A stretch of 33,970 bases of DNA, from the NCBI GenBank assembly GCA_008632985.1, contig QPGO01000036.1, positions 582,182 through 616,151 of the forward strand, given 5' to 3'. This document shows positions 24,200 through 33,970 of the stretch, one piece after another (the stretch's first letter is position 1; every line of letters starts with the position of its first letter). The stretch comes from Psammoneis japonica. Taxonomy: Eukaryota. Under the pieces are notes generated by a model. It saw only the letters and a list, made by a program, of their open reading frames with translations. It made no database searches and was not told the origin of the DNA. The position numbers and the translations under genes were made by a program.

Positions 24200-25500
24200 C
24201 AGCATGCATCACCACCGCCCAACCCGACTTCCATGCAGAAGCGCCGCTTGCGTTCAGCATGTTGATTGAAGATGATGTGCCACAGTTGGCTGACGATTGC
24301 AAGGAGCAATTGTCAGGTGTGGCTTTTGCAGGAACCGGATGTTGTGATCGTGGCATGTTTGGAGTCGAGACGAAAAAGGAGTCCAGGAAGAGAAGAAGCA
24401 CTGGCATCATTTTGACAGTTGTTGGATGTGCTCAGCTCTGGACATCTCCATTCCATTGATTGTGGTTTGCAGTGGCTGCATGGAGAATGGCTCTGTTGGC
24501 TTCACAGGCAGTTCTTCAACACCAAAAAAGAAAAAAACTGCTTCAAACTTTTGGACAGATCACAAGAAGTGGTGGTTGATGAGAAGATTCTCTCACAAGA
24601 TCTCCAAGTGTTGCACAATTCACTCACTCCCTTCTCTGCCTCCAATCTTGGAAAATGCTGAAGTGGCAACTCTCTCCAGCAACCGCCCCTGAGAGTTCAC
24701 ACAGTGCCCGTGTTGGCTTGTGATGTGCGCCAAGCAATTTTTCAAGCTCTGGTGGCAGTTTCTCAATCAAGTCTTTCTCAAAGTCCTTGGCAGCATCATT
24801 GCCCCCATGCTGGCAACATGTTGAGTGGATCTTGGAGCCAACCACACACGGCTGCCACAAGTCGCTCCCCAAAATCATCATCTGTGCAGCCCTCGTGTTG
24901 GCTCCTGCTGCTCTGAGAGAGTGTCATTTTCAACATGCTGCAGCAGCTGACAATGACACTGCCCCATGCCTTGCATTCATCCAACCACCATCAGCTGCAA
25001 CTCGAGCTGGCCCAAAACCCAAAACACCGCCACGCCGCCACCAGCAAAAACCCCGGTGTGCAGAGCTGTGGCAACAAGGTGAGTGGGTGGACTGGCAGAA
25101 GGCACAAGAAAATGGGCAAATTCTGTTGCACTGCTTGTTGAGTGCATGCACTCCGCAGCCACAGCTGAAATGTTGTGACGGTGATCACTTCTTTTGCCAG
25201 CTGACTTGCAGCACCTGATCCGAGGGTGGCTCCAAAGTTTCGAAGAAAGCTCTGAGGGCCCTCCAATCTCTTTTTTTCTGTGCAACAAATTCTGCATAAT
25301 TTTCAACTGAGTTCTGAGTGCAACTTGTTTTGAGGCATCACTGATGATGGGATGCTCGCGAGGAGTGAGGATGTCTTTTCTGGATCTTTGCCGTTTGCCT
25401 GATCTTTGCGACCTCGTCAAGACTGAACAAGACCTCGCGAAACTTCGAGATGATGCGCGATGGCGGTGCGCCGCAGCTTTCCGTCCCAGCTTCGTGATGC
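24200..25500. other. TpA-void hypermutated domain 3 (unidentified repeat remnant)
   Basis: Only one TA seen (~25297) in ~1.3 kb; CpG is depleted in the core but retained at both edges. Confidence 0.92.
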
Positions 25501-26886
25501 CACGTGTAAAAAATAATCCCCCGTTTTTAACCAAATACCCACCTCGATCGACTAACAGTATACAGATACGGAGTTCAGCACACTTTTGGGGGCCTAGAAT
25601 GGGGGTGAACGTTAGTTACTAACCAATCACTGAAAATCGTCCCTCGTACTTTCACGTGTAATAAAGGTGCTCCACGAAAAGTTGGTTCTATTTTGAAATA
25701 CCAGATATCATGAACAATACATACCTATTACATTCTCGCAAGACATCGGTTTAATGAGGATGAGACCGATAATGCTCATATCTTGTGTATTTTGTTGCTC
25801 TAGCAGGGGTCAAAATCTAGCTAAAACTTCCAAAAAATTCGAGTCGAGCGGTTCCCACGGGATTCAATATGAAATACTCGTGACTCGCTGTACGATGAAG
25901 TGAAATTGACCCGTTCTCGACACCTAGATTAGATGATAACATCACCACAAACCGATTTTATGGCAATGTTCTACTTTCTAATTTGTCTTTGACCTCGTGA
26001 CCACTATATCCGACCTCTTTAATGCTATAAATGGGTGAAGCAATCCACGAATACTCATTCACAAGCCACACTTTTCTATTTTCAGATTTGACATTTGTGT
26101 CTTTGCGATCAATCTACTGTAGAGAGTATATACAAGCCAGGGAGGAGATCTATTCACTATTATTTATCATTCTATAGAATAATAGCATCAGAATATTTTG
26201 TCAACCATGTTTGACTGCTTTTTTCTTGAACCGTACGCCAACTTCATTCTTCATTTTCACTCTCATCCGCCCGACTCTCCCCATTCAAGAATACTTGGCT
26301 GAATGCATTACAGTTGCTTTATCAAAGTCTTCAAAAATACTCGTCTGGTCAACACCATTGATGAAATGGGTTTGACGATGTGACGACGACGTTGGATTCG
26401 TCGATGTGTTCATACTAGGAAAGACAACAAGAATTGACTGCAGCGGCAAGAAAGTTGAGTGAGACAACAATTGGTGAGCCTTGGATACATTGATAGCACC
26501 ATTTTGATTTTCAATTTACTTGCCTTTTTATAAACTAGGACTTTAACTCAGTGGGTGCCGAATATCCGGCAAATGGTGAGTTGATGGCGTCGTCTGCATG
26601 CAACATGCAACATGGCGTCACGAACGGGTGCAACGGCATGTTTGCATAAAACTCGACTCACTGCCGTTATCTGATGGTCCCTTTACAACCCCAAACGAAA
26701 GATAGTGTAATAAACCTGCTGTAGTAATGGGACTAGAAACGACGATTGTTTAGACACCTTATCTACCGCGTCAATGTCATCGTCGGCTCCGGCTGTTTTT
26801 TGACAAGTTCTCCGTGTACGTGTTGTCACCGCGGTGATGGTCTGTACGCTCATCCGGAGCGCGCCTGCCGTGCCAGTTTGAAGTTA

Positions 26887-27051
26887 CAGTACCGTACGTA
26901 CAGTAGAGTATGGTAGGCCATACCCAACAAGGAACCCGGATCCAAGGCATTGCCTTGCATCCGGGTTATAAGAACCCGGATCCAAGGCATTGCCTTGGAT
27001 CCGGGTTCCTTTTCGGCACAATAGAGGCCCTCGTGGGACATACCGGTACTG
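26887..27051. mobile_element. Possible 165-bp Tc1/mariner-type MITE with internal palindromes
   Basis: TA|cagtaccg ... cggtactg|TA (8-bp inverted ends with TA on both sides), enclosing the double palindrome at 26929-27011. Confidence 0.4.
26929..27011. repeat. Tandem pair of 35-bp palindromes that together form one larger inverted repeat
   Basis: aacccggatccaaggca-t-tgccttggatccgggtt at 26973-27007 (perfect 17-bp arms) and 26933-26967 (1 mismatch); outer ends aagg/cctt. Confidence 0.95.
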
Positions 27052-27739
27052 TAGCCGGTACTGAGAATCTGCGTAGACTTTTTCTTTGAGTCTGTCCGCC
27101 ATCAAAACTTCCCGTGCTTTTAGTAGTGCGAGAAAAAACAGAAAACAGCAACCAACCATGGAGAATACATCGTTTGCGAAGGCGTATGCATTCAAGTCTG
27201 AGTTGGTATCATAGCAGTAATCTCTCTTATGGCACTGTGTAAAGGCTATGGTCAGTTGGTATCAACGGAGACTTGCAACGACAAGGCTATTTTTTGAAAC
27301 ATCAACTGACAGCACGTTTTCCCTCGTTGTTGTTGCTTCCATACCGTCGGACATTGTTTGCAGTGGCCAAAATTGATGGCATCGTGTAGTGTGACAATAC
27401 TTCATCAATCTCTCAAGCGCAACTCGCCCATCATGCCTGCAGCACGGAATTGACGACGTATCTGTGTTATAAGGAAATGAGCGATGGCGAAAGATAGAGA
27501 GCGACGATAGCAATGCGGGGCGCTCCGAGTCAAGGACGCACCATTCCGCGTTCGAGCAGTCGTGAGTCAGTCGTGAGACATCAGGATCGTACTTCATACA
27601 GTACTTTCTTTGTACTCGTTGTCTACTTGCCGGTGCTACTATTATCGCCATCATGACACCGGTGGAGAGTATTCTCTGATCAACATTTGCTTATATGCTG
27701 TTATGTTCCAATACGCTTGATCATCAAAGACCATTTACA

Positions 27740-29734
27740 ATGCCAAAATCACGAAAGGGCCATGCGGATGAAGAAGAGGACTGCGTGAGTCCGCCTGCAA
27801 TTCCCAGATCTTTTCGTCATGGCGGAAATAAGGCACCGACCAGGTTTGCCGACCGCTCTGAATATGAAGAGAATGACTTGAGATCAACAAGGGAATTGAG
27901 ATACCGAAGAAAATTGGAGAAGGAAATGCATTCTCCGCAATTGGTGCGGGAAGCTCCATCGTCCGCAGCCGCCCCCCACGTGCAAGCACAGGAGAAACAA
28001 CAAATGTGGAAGAATAAGTTTGTTTCTGCTTTATCCGCCGTCGCCACATCAGGTGCTGTTGCGCATACGGCAGTGTCCCGTTCATCTCCCCAGGCATCAA
28101 GAGGAGAAGAGCTGTCTCTGGTCCAGAAGCGCCTCAGCTCTTCAGATCTGATTCAACGAGTTCAGGGGGCCAACTCTTCCTGACGCCTCAGAACCAATGG
28201 AGGATGAATCGTACGCTGGCAGGTCTCAGATGTCAGAGGAAGCACCGAGATACGTTGGAATAGATCAGTCCTTAGCCGTTGCTGCGGAGGTGGTTCCGGA
28301 TGAAGAAGACGTTGAAGAGCAAATTGAGCAGCGCGCGCGTGAATTACAGCAGCGTTACAGAGAGGAGCATAACCAAGACATCGCTGCAGCAACAGTCCCA
28401 GTCATAGCTGAAGCTGTACCTCCCTTCTACAAGCGGTGGAGGCTGTTGGTGGGATTAGCCATAGCTGCGCTTTTGGCTGTGATTGCGGTCGCTGTGGTCA
28501 TTGCCACCGGTGGTGGAAGGGACAGCCCCGCAAATGAGGCAGCCTTCGAGTCCGAGATGTGTGCGTTTTGTTTCGACGGATCCATGCCGGCAGATCTAGA
28601 GGACTGGACATCCCCTGTCAACAAATCCCAGACATGTTTAGACTTGCGGGCCTCACAAGAACAGCTCCTTGCTTCAGATGCTGCTTGCGAAAGAGCTCAA
28701 GTCACAGCGTGGTTTTCTTGTGGATGTCCCACGCTACCCCCGTCTCCACCGAATTCAACTTGTAGGTTGTGTCTTGATGGGTCAGATCCCATTGATAATA
28801 CAGGGGGCAGAAATTGTTCAGACTTGTCTACATATGTATCACATGCTGGTTCAGACCCGCTTTCTGATTGCAACGACATCCGTGAGATCGTCGAAGGTTG
28901 TCCATGCCCCCCAACCTCAATGCCGACTTCTTAACCAACTCGCACCCCAATGAGTGCCTGGTATCAAGCTGAATGGTATGGAGTAAACTCAGAGGAAGAA
29001 CTTTGCATGGCCCCGTAAGTTTCAACACTCGCCTTTTCGAGTTTCGTGTGTTTCAGTTCCGTTTTTTCATAGGTGAACTCGTTCTTCGTTTTAGGGATCC
29101 CGGACTCATTATTTCCTGTGGATTAGGAGGAAAAAATTCAATCCTTAATATGACAGGTGCTACGACGTGTACGCCTGTGACAGACATGCAGCAAATAAGT
29201 TGCAACGGCGCTCATTCTGAGAATATGGATGACTTCTGGGCTGTCATCTACTCTTGTTATGGAAGTTCGCTTAGCTCTTGGACTACAATAGTCGAGGCTA
29301 TTCCGGATTCGTCCGTACCGTGTACACGCGGAGGAATTGCAAGCACGAATGTGTACATTGGCAGGGTATGTCCGGGCAGTGATGTTTATTCCGCCGAGGA
29401 ACTTGTGTGCACCCCCCACGGCGCTCTCTATCTTGAATCGGGTCCATCCTCTTGTTTCAACGGCGTCGGCTGTCTACAGGATTCGTGTGTTTTAAGCACT
29501 CCTCCTCTGGGTGGCGGTGTTAACGAAACATCTATTTCAGAGAATTGCCTCTTTGAAGCGATGACTGGAACTGCCGCTGTTCAGCGAATTCATCCCAAAA
29601 ATTTTAAATTTAGTGTGACGAACGCTTCTTTTATGGAAACCGAACTGGATGAACAAATCATCGATGAAGCAAAGGAGGAACCAAGCAGATCTCCAGTGTC
29701 ACAAACCCCAACCAGGTCCCCAAGAAACAGCTGA
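27740..29734 (+). pseudogene. Single-pass membrane protein with Cys-rich extracellular region; reading frame interrupted
   Basis: Low-complexity N-terminus, TM helix LLVGLAIAALLAVIAVAVVIA and Cys-rich repeats. Frame break at ~28145-28185, in-frame TAA at 28932-28934 within PTSMPTS*PTRTP, and intron 29015-29094 joining in frame to the last exon. Confidence 0.7.
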
Positions 29735-30116
29735 ATGGGCATTGCGCAGAAGTCACCGCGTGAAATTCGGCTAAATTTTCTAGTGTAGTAGATCCGAAAA
29801 TGGATTCCGGTACATTCGGTAGAATCGGTGAGGTACTCTAGAGATTGAACTATTGTGAAACTGACAGCGCTAAGTTGGCAAAACCATAGGGCCTTAAGTT
29901 GGTTCGAATTAAGGGCTCGTATAATAGCCGGAGATGCCGATTCAACAATGAGAAAATGTTGCTTAACAACTGTAAGACCCGTTGCTAGTGATAAAACTGT
30001 TTTCGATGTGTTATCTAGCTAGTGTAGTGTACTGGAAGTGTGGGTTAGCCAGCGTCGGCATAGCTGGCAAAGGAGTGATAGCACTTAGAAATTAGATTTG
30101 TTCTTTTTTTTCAGAT

Positions 30117-33100
30117 CTAGCTCGAATCGTCGTCATCACTGTCTTCGCCTTCGTCTTCTTCAAGATCAAACAGATCCAAGGTATTCTTTCCAGTTGTAAA
30201 CAAACCTCCAATCCCACGTGAGCCACTCATCATCATTCTTCCTGTTTTCGACGACAAATGACTAGCTTGTGATTCCAAATGAACCGTTTGCAGATGTCGC
30301 GCTAAGTATGTGCACAGTGATGCAACGACAGCAATAGCAAGGTGTGAGGATTCGCCGCATGCGCGTAAAAGTTACAATACAAGGATTGAACTCACTCCTG
30401 GCAAACACCGTGCCATCGTCGGTTGGGGAATCTTCGCCTTTCTCTTGTATTGGTTGAACATTGACCACGACGTGTGCATCACACCAGTCGATTACCAACG
30501 TACCATCCAAGATGCCTTTTCTGCTATGATGGACTGGGAGCACTTGGAACACAAGACTGTCGTATTTAAAAAGCCACAACTCCTCGGATACTGTGTCGTC
30601 TATGTCGCGGTGCACCAAAAGGGACATGGCTTGTCGGCCCTCTTCACCAGTTCCACTATCCGAACCAGACGACAGAGAACTCTTGCCGTCGTCCCCATAA
30701 AAGCAGATCTCCTGTACATGGCAGTTTAGAGGGAGGTCGAGGCGACTCGTAAGGTAGTAGTCCATAGTAGCTTCTTCGACATGCTCTCCGCTGGCGCTGT
30801 CGTCGCCCGCTTCCTCATGACGAAGCGGAATACAAACAAGTCGGATAGAATCGCTTTCTCCAAAAGACGTGACACCGGTTGCAACAATAGCCCAATGACG
30901 GCTAAACGAAAGAGCCTTGTCGGTACTATCATTGAGAAGGCGGGGAAAGAAGAACCCGGTGGCATCGTCCGTTTCAGCCGCCGCTTCGTTTTCGATTCCG
31001 ATTCTTGTGTGGATCGCAACCGCGCCGCTTGTCGATGGTAAATTGAAACGAGTCTGTGCCACAGACTCCGTAAGAGAACGCCGCGGCTATTCAAAGACTT
31101 CATCGACAAGGCGATCTACGTTACTCGCCGCATTAACGATTGTGGGTGTTTCAATCTGAGATTTTTCTTCGCCTCCTGTGATCAAAACAAACAGAGATCA
31201 TTTAGGCTCGGGTGAACTGCAACCGAACTTAACAGCAGATCTCGCACATACAACAGAGCCGCAGCAAACCTACCGTTCAAATTTTCCTCGACTGAATTTG
31301 GCGAACGAGGACGTGGTGCATAAACAGTCTCCAAGCTTTCAGAAAAGTACTCCTAGTTGGGGAGCCGCGCCACAAACGCAGAAAAATGTAAGATACATTC
31401 AGACGTGCCAGTTTCAGTGCCTGCATTGCATCGGTTAGCTTACCGATAGTGGTAATCCGAGCAAGGATTCAGTGACGCTTGAGCCGGCACTGGCTTTCCC
31501 CGAATTACTCAGCGCTTGTTGAAAATACTCCGTCATGCGTTGAACAACGACTTGTGGTACACGCCGTTTTTTGGCATTTCCCCGCAAAGCCGAATCCTGC
31601 GCTGTGCCCTTGGCTTTGATTTGTGACGCAACTGCCCGCAGCCATGACATTAAATCCCTTAAACGGAAGCGGAAATCTACCAGGAGGGCAATCCAAAATT
31701 GAATCGACACCAAGAGTGTATCACTGGCGCGTACCAACTCCTCGAGAGCCTCGGGTTCTTCCGTGTCGTTGGCCAGAGCCTCGCTGTATAATTCTCCGAC
31801 ATGATAAACGAGCGCCTGAGCTGGAGCCAACAGCCCTCGATGAGCTTGCGTTTCTACATTGGCAACAGCACTAAAGAGCGAGCGCTCCAATCGCTGCACC
31901 AGTTGATCATTCATTTGAATCCCCGTAAAGAATTGATCCATGGCAGAAGATGCAGGCGCGTCCTTGACGTTTCCAACCAGAATAAACTGAAACAAAATCT
32001 GCGCAAGGTCTTGTTCCACTCCGTACCTTTCAAGTATCAGAACGAGGTGCAGCAACTTTGTATCGAGTGGATGAAGCGCTGCCCGCAAGGACGCCAAGCA
32101 TTCTCGCCCGCTCGTTTGGATGGCTTTTAAATGCATTGTAATGTTGCAATACAAAGAAGCCATGATTTGATAGTGATATCGCTGGGTACAAAGCATCGGC
32201 ATATGATGAAGCATGAGATGATTATCGTTCCACGACAAGAGGTACGTAAGGTCGGAGCAGCATGCCATCTGCAAGTTTGTCAAGACTCGACCGCAGGGAA
32301 GCGTAGCAACGTGATAGCGTCCACAAAGATACAACCTGATGCCGTTCGTTTCTGTTGCTACACTCAAGATACTCAATGGGGTCTTGCATGATGGTAGAGA
32401 GCGTGTCGTGGCAGTGACGGACGAATTCGCATCTGTGAGGTGTTCTGCGTGCTCTGGATGATATGCCTTGTGCGGATCATGATATGCACTCGGAGGCAAA
32501 AACACATTGACTCGGTCCAGATATCGAGACCTTAACCTGTATATAATAGAAACGATAGCGATCGAAAATACATGTAATTCATAAGAGTAGATACATGCAA
32601 GATGAATGAGTCAAGAAGCAACATGTAACATCTTCTTTCGTACAACCCCAGGCACGCACCTCCACGTCTCCGCTTGTTCGAGTTCATCCTCGCTCAAGTT
32701 CCATTCTGAATGAGGCTTCCCCACATGTGACCAGCATAATCCCATAATACAATCATCGATACCTGTAATTACGTGAACCAGTCCGCTTTGCGTGGCATCG
32801 CCCAACATGCTCAAGTCTCCACTCAACGTTGTTGGTGATGCGTGTGGCGACATGATTGATTCAACGTGGTGCAACTCAACGTTTCCATTCGGTAGTGCTA
32901 TGCCCATTGTGCTGCCGTTGGGACTCCATACCACCGAAAGAGGTCTCGTAGCTGTCGCGTCGGCGTTTCCGTCCGTGTCGTTGTATTCGAGAGCAGCTAG
33001 TCGTTGCCAAGATACCGTTCGATGCAAATACAACTTATGCGAGAGAGACAGCAGGACCAAGTCCATGGAAGGACACAGAGCACATCCAGACAGTTTAAGG

Positions 33101-33159
33101 GGAGTTCCCAATCGTCGAGACTGAACGGAAGCAAAGCATTGCTTGGTATTCTCCGTCAT
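30117..33159 (-). CDS. ANAPC4: Anaphase-promoting complex subunit 4 (one in-frame TAG in this sequence)
   Basis: N-terminal CPSMDLV..LHRTVSWQRL..VVWSPNG (APC4 WD40) and C-terminal SGSRGIGG..DLFDLEEDE. Exons 33159-32660, 32536-31444, 31352-31274, 31175-30396 and 30301-30117 join in frame via GT-AG introns; TAG at 31089-31087. Confidence 0.85.
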
Positions 33160-33369
33160 GGTCAACTCATATTCTGGCCGCTGCTTTTTTTGTTGTGTTG
33201 CGCGGATCTTCTGTCGCCGATCCAGGCCAGGCGCGCATCTATCGCGCATCCAACAAGATTGTCTGTCTGGCGAAATCCAGTCGAAGAGTGCAGAAGAAAA
33301 GCCAAAGATGAGCATCGCCGTGATGAAATTCAAAATTGGCAAAATGGCTCAATGAGAGCACAATTGAAC

Positions 33370-33970
33370 TAAATCAGAAAGGTCACAAATTCATCATCAT
33401 CATGTGAGCCCAGTGCAAGCACGTGTGGTGCATGGCACCGCAGATTCTGCTGCTCTTGACGGAGTGGCACACATCGCCTCTGGCGCTCAACCCCCGCCTG
33501 CTTGCCAGCCACCACTTGCATTTTAGCTGGCAACAGGGCCTTGTCATTCATGCAAATGGAGCCAGGGGACTGTCACAAAACTCCTCATCTCCAGACCCGG
33601 GTCATCTGCTTGGAGTTTTCGCAAAACAAGCAAAAGGAAGAAGTTCTCACAAAAGTGTTGCCACATGCGGCCCTTTCAAACCCAGCCTTCTTCTGGCCAC
33701 ACCATTTCCCTGAACTCATTTTTCTTTTCTCAACCACTGGGACTCTGCAAACCCACTTGCTCTCTCTTTTTAATGTGCTGCTCCCCATCTTGCTCCTGTT
33801 CTTCTCTCTCCATTCTTTTTGTCTCTCTTGCTCACACTCTTTTTTCTCTTTTCTGGCGCACTTCCAACTTTCCACATTCACTCAAACTGACCCACAACAC
33901 CTTCATTGATGTCTTGAGATTCCAACAAACTTCCCTCAGTTGTGTTTGCCCATCATCATCTGACCAAAAC
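33370..33970. other. TpA-void, CpG-poor hypermutated domain 4 (runs off the window)
   Basis: 3 TA in 600 bp (ctaa, ttag, ttaa); TG/CA excess. Confidence 0.9.

Noticed and set aside
25510..26300. AT-rich stretch as the subterminal region of the domain-3 element
   Set aside because: No matching TIR or TSD found by eye
18494..27011. CRISPR-like arrays at the 18.5-kb and 26.9-kb palindromic repeats
   Set aside because: Only two units each, no unique spacers, no cas genes, eukaryotic context
28932..31089. Alternative genetic code (TAA/TAG read as Gln)
   Set aside because: Other genes here end properly at TAA (7922) or TAG (20286, 23983, 30117), and only two internal stops occur.

Overview
Eukaryotic genomic DNA, most likely a diatom (short GT-AG introns, diatom-type gene families). 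Host genes: a metallophosphoesterase-fold protein, a 3-exon secreted bacterial-type beta-helix/PKD/CBM protein, a RING-finger protein, a diatom-type Cys/His-domain protein, RRP9, a single-pass membrane protein and APC4. There is also a truncated beta-COP pseudogene. The main signal is four sharply bounded domains (~240-6180, ~11520-13290, ~24200-25500, ~33370-end) in which the dinucleotide TpA is almost absent and CpG is reduced. Two internal comparisons show the direction of change: a duplicated gene fragment and the two TIRs of one transposon. Both give TpA->TpG/CpA plus CpG->TpG/CpA. This points to a RIP-like, repeat-targeted hypermutation process with an A:T->G:C component that I do not recognise as described. 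The largest domain holds a 4.7-kb TIR-bounded ISL2EU-like DNA transposon whose accessory gene encodes an XPG/FEN1/EXO1-type nuclease plus SAP and SWIM motifs instead of the usual YqaJ exonuclease. All counts are manual and approximate.
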